Below, in pieces: positions 49,480-58,442 of a stretch of 64,000 nt of DNA. Every line of letters starts with the position of its first letter. Position 1 is the stretch's first letter. The stretch is taken from NCBI GenBank assembly GCA_045810225.1, contig JBJMWI010000080.1, forward strand, positions 23-64,022, written 5' to 3'. Under the pieces are notes generated by a model. That model searched no databases. It was not told the DNA's origin and worked only from the letters and a program-made list of their open reading frames with translations. The position numbers and the translations under genes were made by a program. This DNA is from Burkholderiales bacterium. GTDB lineage: Bacteria; Pseudomonadota; Gammaproteobacteria; Burkholderiales; JACQAP01.

Positions 49480-50472
49480 TCAGGCGCGAGCAGGCGACCG
49501 TTCCCCGAAGATCGCACGCCCGACCCGTACCAGCGTAGCGCCCTCCGCAATGGCGGCTTCCAGATCGTCGGACATGCCCATAGACAAGGTATCCAGTTCG
49601 ATGCCGTGGCGAGTAATTTCCTCCTTAAGCTGCCGCACCACTCGGAAACGCGCCCGCTGCACGGCGCTATCGTCGGTAGGCTCGGGAATCGCCATGAGTC
49701 CTCTCAGCCGCAAAAGCGGTAGCTGGCTGACGGCCTGAGCCAGCCGGACAACGTCCTCGGGCTGAACACCGCTTTTGCTCTGTTCACCGCTGACATTGAC
49801 CTGGAGGCAGATTTGCAGCGGCCCCTTATGCGCAGGTCGTGCAGCGGAAAGCCGTTCGGCTATTTTGATGCGGTCAACCCCATGCACCCAGCTGAAGTGC
49901 TCTGCAATCTGACGCGTTTTGTTGCTCTGGATCGGACCGATGAAGTGCCACTCCAGAGGCAGGAGCAGGGGACCCGCTTGCGGGGATGCGACCCCGGCGG
50001 TGTGGCGCATGTCGCCCGCCTCTTGTTCTCCTTGCCGCTGTCCGGACGCGTCATGCCACTCCAGAGGCAGGAGCAGGGGCCCCGCTTGCGGGGATGCGAC
50101 ACCGACGGAGGGGCGCATGTCGCCCTCCCGTTTTTCTGCGTCCTGCGGTCCTGAGGCGTCATGCCACTCCAGAGGCAGGAGCAGGGGCCCCGCTTGCGGG
50201 GATGGCTCTTGCCGCTGCACTGCGACGTCACCCAATTTAGCGGTCGCAATGCCCGGCATAAGAGCCAAAGCCTGCATTTTTCCCAGCGCTTCCTGCAAAT
50301 AGTTCTCTCCAAACGCACATTGGCCTGCGGCGTGCGCTTCTGCCACGGCAGCTGGCGAGAACGTCTTGCTGACCGCAAGCAGCCCGATGTCATCCGGGCA
50401 TCTGCCCGCGCTTAGGGCCGCTGCGCGTATGCGGTCGCGTACGGCTTGCAAGCGGGCCGCTATTATGGTCAT
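49480..50472 (-). CDS. yggS: YggS family PLP-homeostasis protein carrying an in-frame repeat insertion of about 100 aa
   Basis: LLAVSKT (PLP Lys), FGENYLQE, WHFIGPIQSNK, VNVSGEQSKSG, LRGLMAIP, LSMGMSDD and VRVGRAIFG; 330 aa versus about 230 aa typical. Confidence 0.92.
   Translation of the reverse strand: MTIIAARLQAVRDRIRAAALSAGRCPDDIGLLAVSKTFSPAAVAEAHAAGQCAFGENYLQEALGKMQALALMPGIATAKLGDVAVQRQEPSPQAGPLLLPLEWHDASGPQDAEKREGDMRPSVGVASPQAGPLLLPLEWHDASGQRQGEQEAGDMRHTAGVASPQAGPLLLPLEWHFIGPIQSNKTRQIAEHFSWVHGVDRIKIAERLSAARPAHKGPLQICLQVNVSGEQSKSGVQPEDVVRLAQAVSQLPLLRLRGLMAIPEPTDDSAVQRARFRVVRQLKEEITRHGIELDTLSMGMSDDLEAAIAEGATLVRVGRAIFGERSPARA
49946..50230. repeat. in-frame tandem repeat with a 108-bp period inside yggS
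   Basis: The core TGCCACTCCAGAGGCAGGAGCAGGGG(A/C)CCCGCTTGCGGGGATG starts at 49946, 50054 and 50162. Two 61-bp linkers are 46/61 identical by hand alignment, and a shortened third linker lies at about 50205-50230. Confidence 0.95.
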
Positions 50473-50582
50473 AATCCTCTTGCATTCTTCATTGTAACCA
50501 TCGAATGCAGCGAGCATTTTTGTTCTGGGCCGAAGCCGCCGGCATAGGTTGTTCCCATACTCTTGTGGCCGGAGAACCGTTG

Positions 50583-51623
50583 ATGGACATTGCTGAGCTC
50601 CTCGCGTTTGTGGTTAAAAACAAAGCTTCCGACTTGCATCTATCCGCCGGTCTTCCTCCAATGATCAGGGTGCATGGCGACATCAGGCGCATCAATTTGC
50701 CGCCCATGGAACACAAGGACGTGCATGCCATGGTCTACGACATCATGAACGATGGTCAACGCAAGTTCTACGAAGAGAACCTCGAGTGCGACTTTTCCTT
50801 TGCGATCCCAAATCTGGCCCGTTTTCGCGTCAATGCCTTTGTCCAGAACCGCGGAGCCGGCGCGGTAATGCGGACCATCCCGTCCAAGGTGTTGACCCTT
50901 GAGGAGCTTAAGGCGCCCGTCATCTTCAAGGAAATTGCCCAGTACCCGCGCGGCGTGGTGTTGGTGACCGGCCCCACCGGTTCAGGCAAGTCCACCACGC
51001 TTGCAGCCATGGTCAATGACATCAACGAGAACGAAATGGGTCATATTTTGACGGTGGAGGACCCGATCGAGTTTGTGCACGAAAGCAAAAAATGCCTCAT
51101 CAACCAGCGCGAAGTCGGCCCGCATACGCTGTCGTTCAATAATGCGCTTCGCAGTGCGCTGCGCGAGGACCCCGATATCATCCTGGTGGGTGAACTTCGC
51201 GATCTCGAAACCATCCGCCTCGCCTTGACGGCAGCCGAAACCGGCCACCTGGTGTTCGGGACATTGCACACCAGTTCTGCCGCAAAGACGGTGGATCGCA
51301 TCATCGACGTGTTTCCCGCGGCGGAGAAGGAAATGGTGCGGGCGATGCTTTCAGAATCGTTGCGTGCCGTCATTTCGCAGACACTGTGCAAGACCAAGGA
51401 TGGCACTGGCCGGGCCGCGGCACACGAGATCATGATCGGCACTCCGGCCATTCGAAATCTGATCCGCGAAGCCAAGATCGCACAAATGTATTCTGCAATC
51501 CAGACCGGCCAGGGGCTCGGGATGCAGACGCTGGATCAGAATCTGACTGAGCTGATCAAGCGCAACATCATCACCAAGGAAGAGGCGCGCGGGAAGGCTG
51601 CGAATAAGGACGCTTTCAACTAA
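50583..51623 (+). CDS. pilT: type IV pilus retraction ATPase
   Basis: ASDLHLSAG, GPTGSGKSTT, EDPIEFVH, LREDPDIILVGELRD, TLHT and AIRNLIRE. Confidence 0.96.
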   Translation: MDIAELLAFVVKNKASDLHLSAGLPPMIRVHGDIRRINLPPMEHKDVHAMVYDIMNDGQRKFYEENLECDFSFAIPNLARFRVNAFVQNRGAGAVMRTIPSKVLTLEELKAPVIFKEIAQYPRGVVLVTGPTGSGKSTTLAAMVNDINENEMGHILTVEDPIEFVHESKKCLINQREVGPHTLSFNNALRSALREDPDIILVGELRDLETIRLALTAAETGHLVFGTLHTSSAAKTVDRIIDVFPAAEKEMVRAMLSESLRAVISQTLCKTKDGTGRAAAHEIMIGTPAIRNLIREAKIAQMYSAIQTGQGLGMQTLDQNLTELIKRNIITKEEARGKAANKDAFN

Positions 51624-51662
51624 CGAGGACGGCGGACTTCACGAAACCACCGGGAACAACAC

Positions 51663-52799
51663 ATGGAACGAGATCAGGCGGTCAAATTCATTCATGAACT
51701 ATTGCGTGCCATGGTGGCGAAAAGGGCTTCCGACCTTTTCATCACCGCCGGTTTTCCGCCAGCCTTCAAACTGGACGGAAAAATGACTCCGGTATCGAAC
51801 CAGAGCCTTACACCGCAGCACACTCAGGAGCTGGCGCGCTCGCTCATGAACGACAAGCAAGCACAGGAATTCGAAGCCAGCAAGGAATGTAATTTCGCGA
51901 TTAACCCGCCTGGCATCGGACGCTTTCGCGTCAACGCTTTTGTACAGCAGGCCCGGGTCGGGATCGTGCTGCGAACCATCACCACGGCGATCCCGAAAAT
52001 GGAGGATCTGGGCCTGCCACCGGTGCTGAAGGATGTGGCAATGACGAAGCGCGGCCTGGTGATTCTGGTGGGCGGCACGGGCTCCGGTAAATCAACCACA
52101 TTGGCCGCCATGATCGGCTACCGCAATGAGAACAGCCACGGCCATATCATCACGATTGAAGATCCCATCGAATACGTCCACGATCACAAGAACTGCCTGG
52201 TGACCCAGCGCGAAGTCGGTGTCGATACCGAATCTTGGGAGTCGGCGCTGAAGAATACCTTGCGCCAGGCGCCCGACGTTATTCTGATCGGCGAAGTGCG
52301 GGAACGCGAAACCATGGAACATGCGATTGCGTTCGCGGAAACCGGGCACTTATGCATGTGTACCCTGCATGCCAACAGCGCCAATCAGGCACTGGACCGC
52401 ATCATCAATTTCTTCCCGGAAGAACGCCGGCCGCAATTACTGATGGATTTGTCGCTCAATCTGAAGGGCCTGGTGTCACAACGATTGATTCCACTGAAAG
52501 AAACAAAGGGCCGTGCAGCGGCGATAGAAATTCTTCTGAATTCTCCACTGATTTCCGATCTGATTTTCAAAGGCGAAGTCCACGAGATAAAGGAAATAAT
52601 GAAAAAATCCCGGGAAATGGGCATGCAGACCTTCGATCAGGCGTTGTTCGATTTGTACGAGGGCGGCAAAATCGGCTACGAGGATGCCATGCGTAACGCC
52701 GACTCGATGAACGAGCTACGCCTGCAGATCAAGCTGCACGGCAAGGAGACTCGCGATCGCGACCTGACCACCGGCGTGGATCATTTGAACATCGTGTAA
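51663..52799 (+). CDS. pilU: type IV pilus ATPase PilU
   Basis: ASDLFITAG, GGTGSGKSTT, LRQAPDVILIGE and GMQTFDQAL; follows pilT. Confidence 0.95.
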   Translation: MERDQAVKFIHELLRAMVAKRASDLFITAGFPPAFKLDGKMTPVSNQSLTPQHTQELARSLMNDKQAQEFEASKECNFAINPPGIGRFRVNAFVQQARVGIVLRTITTAIPKMEDLGLPPVLKDVAMTKRGLVILVGGTGSGKSTTLAAMIGYRNENSHGHIITIEDPIEYVHDHKNCLVTQREVGVDTESWESALKNTLRQAPDVILIGEVRERETMEHAIAFAETGHLCMCTLHANSANQALDRIINFFPEERRPQLLMDLSLNLKGLVSQRLIPLKETKGRAAAIEILLNSPLISDLIFKGEVHEIKEIMKKSREMGMQTFDQALFDLYEGGKIGYEDAMRNADSMNELRLQIKLHGKETRDRDLTTGVDHLNIV

Positions 52800-52847
52800 T
52801 GCCAGCACATTGTGAAGAAGGACGCGATGCCTGGTTTGCTCCAAGCT

Positions 52848-54023
52848 TCAGTGTTTTTTCTCGGCTTTTTTCTCCCGTCGCATCGCACCCGAGACCATTT
52901 TGAATTCGTATAAGCGGCACTCCAGCGCGCCGTTATAGAGGGGCGTGCGTCTCGACGGCGATAGTCCGATAAGTTTCGGCAGGCGCAGATCGGCCGTGAA
53001 CAGATAGGCGCGCCAGCCAGCAAACTTCCGCTTCAGGACGTCCCCTATCTGCGGGTATAAAATCTCCAGTTCCTTTTGCTCGCCCAAGCGTACACCGTAT
53101 GGCGGATTCATAACCAGCATGCCGTCGGCAGCAGGCGCAGAGAGCTCCAGAAAATTAGCCTGCTTGAGATTAACCTCATCGGCCAGGCCCGCGGCCTCGA
53201 GGTTCGAACGCGCGAGTTTTAACGCATCGCCATAGAGATCGCTGCCGAAGATTGCTGCCGGGTGCTGGCCCTGACGCGCTTGGGCCGCCGCCTTGATGGC
53301 GTGCCAGGCCGCCGCATCAAAGTTGCGCAATTTTTCAAACGCAAACCCGCGGCGCGAGCCAGGTGCAATTCCACGCGCAATTTGCAGCGCCTCGATCAGG
53401 AAGGTACCACTGCCGCACATTGGATCGAGCAGCGGTACATCGGGCGTCCAGCCGCAAAGTTTGAGGATGCCCGCGGCAAGGTTTTCGCGCAACGGTGCCT
53501 GGCCGCCGCTCTTTCGCGCACCGCGCTTGAACAGCGGTTCCCCGGAAGTATCCAGATATAAGGTAAAACGATCCATCTCCAAAAAAGCATGAATACGCAC
53601 ATCGGGCTGGGCCGTGTCCACATTCGGTCGCTTGCCGGTATGCAGGCGAAAGCTGTCGCAGACCGCGTCCTTGATGCGCAGCGTGATGAAATCAAGACTT
53701 TCCAGCGGGCTGCGTATGGCAGCGACGTTGACCCGTATCGTCAGCGCGCCGTCGAACCACTGCGGCCAATCCAACACGTTGATACCTCGGTAGACATCTT
53801 CTTCGCTGTGGTAAGGGCCAGATCCGATTTGCCATAGAATCCGGCTGGCGATGCGGCTGTGCAGATTGGTGGCGTACGCCAATGTCATTGAACCGGAAAA
53901 GCCTACCCCGCCGTCCGTATTAGTTATTTCTTGCGCGCCCAATTCGGCCAGTTCGTCAGCAAGAACTGTCTCGAGCCCGCGTGGGCAAGGCGCAAAAAAA
54001 TTTTGCATCTCTGGGTCGGTCAT
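52848..54023 (-). CDS. THUMP-domain class I SAM-dependent RNA methyltransferase (stand-alone RlmL-like)
   Basis: FAPCPRGLE, SRIASRIL, LDTSGEPLFKRG, LRENLAAG, DPMCGSGT and NPPYG. Confidence 0.9.
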   Translation of the reverse strand: MTDPEMQNFFAPCPRGLETVLADELAELGAQEITNTDGGVGFSGSMTLAYATNLHSRIASRILWQIGSGPYHSEEDVYRGINVLDWPQWFDGALTIRVNVAAIRSPLESLDFITLRIKDAVCDSFRLHTGKRPNVDTAQPDVRIHAFLEMDRFTLYLDTSGEPLFKRGARKSGGQAPLRENLAAGILKLCGWTPDVPLLDPMCGSGTFLIEALQIARGIAPGSRRGFAFEKLRNFDAAAWHAIKAAAQARQGQHPAAIFGSDLYGDALKLARSNLEAAGLADEVNLKQANFLELSAPAADGMLVMNPPYGVRLGEQKELEILYPQIGDVLKRKFAGWRAYLFTADLRLPKLIGLSPSRRTPLYNGALECRLYEFKMVSGAMRREKKAEKKH

Positions 54024-54068
54024 TGGTCGTAATTCAAAACTTAGGCGGAAGTAAAAAGTAAGGCAACG

Positions 54069-54458
54069 CTACAGGCGCAGGAAAACCTCGAATTCGATGC
54101 GCTTCCAGGGATCACGGTGTTTCGTCAGCCGCACGATACGCGCTTCTAGCTTGTTGCCGCGATCGAGTTGTCGCGCCACCGCGTCGTTTTGTGCTCGTGG
54201 CACATAGCCCAGCAGGTGGCCATTCCAGTGCACGCGCACGGCGCGCGCATCGTGGGGATTGTCTGGTTCACGTACCAGCATCAGGACATCGCCCACCTTC
54301 AGTTCATTCCATAGCTGCTTGCCTTCGTGGAACTGGAATCCGGCTACCGGCGAACTTTGAATCAGGATGCGCGTGGTCGGCTGGGCCGCGTGCGGCAATG
54401 TGCACGCGAATGCAGCAATGACAAAAACAAGCGGTGCCGTTGCCTGCTTGATCCCCAT
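54069..54458 (-). CDS. stand-alone HIRAN domain protein with a signal-peptide-like N-terminus
   Basis: PVAGFQFH, LVREPDNPHDARAVRV and LGYVPR are HIRAN hallmarks; hydrophobic N-terminal segment ending PHA-A. Confidence 0.85.
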   Translation of the reverse strand: MGIKQATAPLVFVIAAFACTLPHAAQPTTRILIQSSPVAGFQFHEGKQLWNELKVGDVLMLVREPDNPHDARAVRVHWNGHLLGYVPRAQNDAVARQLDRGNKLEARIVRLTKHRDPWKRIEFEVFLRL

Positions 54459-54871
54459 CAGAATGGCTGCAGTTCCACCAGCAGAATGATCGCTATCAAA
54501 ACAATCACCGGGAATTCGTTAAACAGGCGGTAGAACACGTGACCATGATGATTGCGGTCATGTTTGAAATCATTCATCAGCTTGCCGCAGTAAATGTGAT
54601 AGCAGACCAGCGCTCCGACCAGCCCGATCTTGGCATGCAGCCACTCGCCATTAAAACCATAACCCAGCCAGAGCCAGATACCAAACCCGATCGTCAGCGC
54701 GGCCCCAGGGGTCATGATTCCGTAGAACAGTTTGCGTTCCATAATCTTGAAACGCTCACGGCTCACCGTGTCCGTGCTCATGGCGTGATAGACAAACAGG
54801 CGCGGCAGATAGAACAAGCCGGCAAACCACGTGACCATGAAAATGATGTGAAACGATTTGATCCACAACAT
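54458..54871 (-). CDS. hemJ: protoporphyrinogen IX oxidase HemJ (CopD family)
   Basis: WIKSFHIIFMVTWFAGLFYLPRLFVYH, MERKL, WLHAK and FNEFP. Confidence 0.93.
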   Translation of the reverse strand: MLWIKSFHIIFMVTWFAGLFYLPRLFVYHAMSTDTVSRERFKIMERKLFYGIMTPGAALTIGFGIWLWLGYGFNGEWLHAKIGLVGALVCYHIYCGKLMNDFKHDRNHHGHVFYRLFNEFPVIVLIAIILLVELQPF

Positions 54872-54950
54872 GGGTTAGCTCTTCAGGAACCCAGTTGGAA
54901 CCCGACAGCCGCTGCCGAAGCCATATTTTTGTGGGTGTAGACCAGCGGAG

Positions 54951-55565
54951 TCATTCGGCGCGGCAATGCCGCTCAACAACGCGCTGCAACTGGACCAGAC
55001 TGCCATGGAAAAAATGGCCGGCACCCGGAAACACAATCACCGGCAATGCCTGTGGTCTGGCCCAGTCGAATACTTCTTTCAGGGGCGCGACGTCGTCTTC
55101 CTCTCCATGGATCACGAGCGTATTGACCGGAACGCTGCCGAGCGGAAAGCGCCCAACGGCAGGTGCGGCCAACACCAGGTGCCTCGGCGCGAGCGCTTGC
55201 ACCACAGAGGCTGCGATAAATGCCCCAAACGAAAATCCACCGATTGCGAGCTCGCGTTCGCCGTAGGTACGCCGCCCATAATCGGCGAGCGCCAGAAAAT
55301 CGTCGACTTCGCCACGTCCCTCATCGAATACGCCGCTACTGGATCCAACGCCGCGGAAATTTAACCGCAGCGCACAGTAACCCAGCGCTACAAACGCTTT
55401 CGCCAGTGTCTGCACGACCTTGTTATCCAGCGTGCCTCCATACAGCGGGTGGGGATGGGCGAGCAACGCGAGGCCGCGCGGCTCTTCGACCGATTCATTG
55501 ATGGCGATCTCCAGGCTTCCTGCTGGCCCGTCGATGGAAAGCTTTCGGGCCGGTGGGGCTTTCAA
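54951..55565 (-). CDS. alpha/beta hydrolase
   Basis: HPHPLYGGTLDNKVV, NFRGVG, nucleophile GFSFG, HGEEDDV and GAGHFFH. Confidence 0.92.
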   Translation of the reverse strand: MKAPPARKLSIDGPAGSLEIAINESVEEPRGLALLAHPHPLYGGTLDNKVVQTLAKAFVALGYCALRLNFRGVGSSSGVFDEGRGEVDDFLALADYGRRTYGERELAIGGFSFGAFIAASVVQALAPRHLVLAAPAVGRFPLGSVPVNTLVIHGEEDDVAPLKEVFDWARPQALPVIVFPGAGHFFHGSLVQLQRVVERHCRAE

Positions 55566-55870
55566 ATGCGTAGGCGATCGACGATGCGGCCATTCACCAG
55601 ATGTTGCTCGATGATCTCGTCGATGTCATCCTGATCGACGTAGGTGTACCAGACCTCCTCGGGATAGACCACGATCACCGGCCCCTCTTCGCAACGATCA
55701 AGGCAACCCGCCTGATTGATGCGCACCTTTCCCCGTCCTACGAGTTGCAGTGACTTAACTTTCGATTTGGCATAGTCGCGCATTTTCTGCGCGTCATGGT
55801 TTGCGCAACAAGCCTCCCCGTTCTTGCGCTGGTTACAGCAGAAGAACACATGATGTTTGTAGTAGCTCAA
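55562..55870 (-). CDS. thioredoxin-like [2Fe-2S] ferredoxin
   Basis: HVFFCCNQR, GCLDRCEEGPVIVVYPEEVWY and EQHLVNG; TTG start. Confidence 0.92.
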   Translation of the reverse strand: MSYYKHHVFFCCNQRKNGEACCANHDAQKMRDYAKSKVKSLQLVGRGKVRINQAGCLDRCEEGPVIVVYPEEVWYTYVDQDDIDEIIEQHLVNGRIVDRLRI

Positions 55871-55894
55871 CTGAAGTCCTCGTCAGATATTCAA

Positions 55895-56245
55895 TTATAA
55901 ACCCCGTGACACGGGGTACTTTTGCGCGTTCAGCGCTATTTTTTCCCGAGCCGCGGAGGCCAAATCGATATCAAGCACATCGGCCAGTCTAACAAGGTAT
56001 AGCAGCACGTCCGCCATCTCATGCGCAACTTCGCGGCGCGCCTGCTGACTTAATTCGCTGCTTTGCAATGGCGTGAGCCATTGGAAGTGTTCCATGATTT
56101 CCGCTGCTTCGATGGCGACGGACATGGCCAGGTTCTTCGGTCCATGAAATTGGTTCCAGTCGCGTTCGGCTGCGAAATGCCGCAGTCGTTCGCGCAGCTC
56201 CTGCAGGCTATCCATCCCGGCAGTCGCCTGCGCCGGTTTTCTCAT
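55895..56245 (-). CDS. MazG-like nucleotide pyrophosphohydrolase
   Basis: FAAERDWNQFHGPKNLAM, EAAEIMEHFQW, EMADVLLYL and KIALNAQKYP; ATG 56245 with a GAAGGAG RBS. Confidence 0.9.
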   Translation of the reverse strand: MRKPAQATAGMDSLQELRERLRHFAAERDWNQFHGPKNLAMSVAIEAAEIMEHFQWLTPLQSSELSQQARREVAHEMADVLLYLVRLADVLDIDLASAAREKIALNAQKYPVSRGL

Positions 56246-57384
56246 AATGTATTCTCCTTCGCATGCGCAACGTCGCCCGGGCCGGTTTTGCGAACGGCCG
56301 CGCCGGTCCGAAGCCAGAACACGCAGTACACCAGTACCAGTGCCGGCCACCAGGACGACACAAGTCCAATCATGGCGTTTAGCGGCAGCAAGTGACCGCG
56401 CTGCAGAACCCTGAGCGCCGCGATCAGATACGGATTTTCCGGCGCCAGATTGACCAGAACGACCCCCGCGGCAAAGCAAAACGCCGAAGCGCGCATCAAC
56501 TGCACGGGCGTGCTTCTCGACAGTAGCGGCCATACCGTCAGACCGGCCACCAACCCAAGCGCCGACCCCGGCGTTAGCCACGCGCCGGGGTTACCCGGGA
56601 CAAACAACGCCATGGCAGCGATCGTTTTCAGCGCAAGCGCTGTAAGCATGACAACTGTGACGGCCACGGCTGTTGCGGCGAAGGATCGCGCGACCGTCCC
56701 AACCAGGCAAGCCACACCAACGAGATTGACCGCCGTGACGCTGGCTTCAAGCAGCAGGTAGGCTTCCGCAGAATAGTGCCACCCGAAATTCAGTGGAACA
56801 AAATGCCGCAGGCTGCCGTTGCCGAACAGCAGGCTGTCGGCGTTGAATTGCGTCAGTAACCACAAGAAGAGCAGCAAGAACGCCAGGTCCGTGCGCGCAC
56901 CGGCCTCAAAGTGACGTTCCCGCAGTCGATGCAATTCTCCCGACAGCAGCCAGCGTTCCCCCCAAGCGTACGCGGCCGTGGCTCCCCACAAGCCACCGAT
57001 GGAATTGGTTAGCACGTCAACGTTCGAGGGAATGCGCGTCGGAACATACGCCTGCGCGAATTCGATAGCGAAGCTCAGCAGTGTCGCAATGCCTACGCCT
57101 AATGCCATTGCCCGCAAACGCGGCAGATATCCCATCCACAGCAAGGTCAGTAGTAGTCCAAGCGGAAAGTACGCAAGAACATTCACGACCACGTCCGAGG
57201 CACCAATGTACGGAGGCCAGCCGGCAAACAGAAAACGCGCAGCTTCGTAACTTGGAATGCGCCAATCCGAGAAGGGATACAAGCTGGCATACCCCACCAG
57301 CAGCAGGTAAGCTACTGTCAGATAGGCTACCAGTTTCGAGTTGCGCGCGTAGCGCGCGCGCGGAAAAGCAAGCGAACCGCTCAT
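56242..57384 (-). CDS. VanZ family membrane protein
   Basis: YASLYPFSDW, DVVVNVLAYFPLG, IEFAQAYVPTRIPSNVD and APENPY; start uncertain. Confidence 0.85.
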   Translation of the reverse strand: MSGSLAFPRARYARNSKLVAYLTVAYLLLVGYASLYPFSDWRIPSYEAARFLFAGWPPYIGASDVVVNVLAYFPLGLLLTLLWMGYLPRLRAMALGVGIATLLSFAIEFAQAYVPTRIPSNVDVLTNSIGGLWGATAAYAWGERWLLSGELHRLRERHFEAGARTDLAFLLLFLWLLTQFNADSLLFGNGSLRHFVPLNFGWHYSAEAYLLLEASVTAVNLVGVACLVGTVARSFAATAVAVTVVMLTALALKTIAAMALFVPGNPGAWLTPGSALGLVAGLTVWPLLSRSTPVQLMRASAFCFAAGVVLVNLAPENPYLIAALRVLQRGHLLPLNAMIGLVSSWWPALVLVYCVFWLRTGAAVRKTGPGDVAHAKENTL

Positions 57385-57432
57385 GTTGTCGTGTGTGCGC
57401 GCTGGGGCCATCCATTCACCGCGGACGGCAGC

Positions 57433-58395
57433 ATGAGATTCTATGACATCTTCAATGGCGATGCCGATGGACTCTGCGCGCTGCACCAGCTTCGGCTAGA
57501 CCAGCCGCGCGAGGCAACGCTGATTACGGGCGTCAAGCGCGACATCAGGTTGCTTGGTCAAATTTCCCCGACGTCGGGCGACGAAGTCGTGGTGCTGGAC
57601 GTTTCGCTGGATTCGAATCGCGAGGCGCTGCTGCAAGCGTTGGCAGCTGGGGCGCGCGTTCGCTATTTCGATCATCATTTCGCCGGAGAAATCCCGGATC
57701 ATCCCTTGCTGGAACCCCACATCGATGTTTCGGCCGACACCTGCACGAGCCTCATCGTTGATCAATATCTTTCCGGCAGCCATCGCATGTGGGCGATTGT
57801 TGCTGCTTTCGGAGATAATCTGCCCGCACAGGCTTACGCCGTGGCAGCTGAACTGGGCCTTGGCAAGGGTGATATCGAAACCCTTAAAGATCTTGGCGAA
57901 AACCTAAACTACAACGCTTACGGCGCAAATTTGGCCGAGCTTCACTTCCATCCCGCAACGCTGTACCTACGCATGCGGCCGCATGCGGATCCACTTGCAT
58001 TCTGCGCACAGGCCCCTGAACTGGATACGTTGCGCCGCGCCCGCCAAGACGATCTACGACGGGCGCGGGACTTGCCACTCGAGAATGTAGGCCAGCATGC
58101 AGTGCTGGTTTGCTTGCCAGAAGCGGCATGGAGCCGGCGCATTATTGGCAGCTTTGCCAATGAACTGGCGCGGCAGTATGCAAAGCGGACCGTGGCGTTG
58201 CTGTTACGCAGTGGATCCGGCTATCAGGTCAGTTTGCGCGCGCCAGAACAGGGTGAAGCAGCCATACATTTGCTGGCGCAGCAATTCGAATCCGGAAGCG
58301 GCAGGGCTCGCGCTGCAGGTATCGCGTTCCTGCCGGACTCGGAGGTCGCAAGATTGCGCGCCTTGCTCAAAAAACCGGCAAGCCATAGCGCCTGA
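57433..58395 (+). CDS. DHH family phosphoesterase
   Basis: FNGDADG, VLDVS, YFDHH, AAFGDN, NYNAYG and the C-terminal GSGRARAAG. Confidence 0.85.
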   Translation: MRFYDIFNGDADGLCALHQLRLDQPREATLITGVKRDIRLLGQISPTSGDEVVVLDVSLDSNREALLQALAAGARVRYFDHHFAGEIPDHPLLEPHIDVSADTCTSLIVDQYLSGSHRMWAIVAAFGDNLPAQAYAVAAELGLGKGDIETLKDLGENLNYNAYGANLAELHFHPATLYLRMRPHADPLAFCAQAPELDTLRRARQDDLRRARDLPLENVGQHAVLVCLPEAAWSRRIIGSFANELARQYAKRTVALLLRSGSGYQVSLRAPEQGEAAIHLLAQQFESGSGRARAAGIAFLPDSEVARLRALLKKPASHSA

Positions 58396-58442
58396 ACTGA
58401 CGCAACAACCTCCCAAAAACAGAACGAGCTGGGGCGCGAGCG

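Noticed and set aside
49946-50204. CRISPR array (three palindromic direct repeats with equal-length spacers)
   Set aside because: The spacers are collinear homologues (46/61 identical) and longer than typical CRISPR spacers. The array is in frame inside an intact yggS, and there are no cas genes or leader in the window.
50481-50509. TGCATTC-N15-GAATGCA inverted repeat in the yggS/pilT divergent region
   Set aside because: Seven-bp arms with a long spacer and no recognisable factor; too weak to call.
52848-54023. RlmL-like methyltransferase lacking the RlmK half
   Set aside because: Stand-alone forms are common outside Gammaproteobacteria; there is no sign of truncation.
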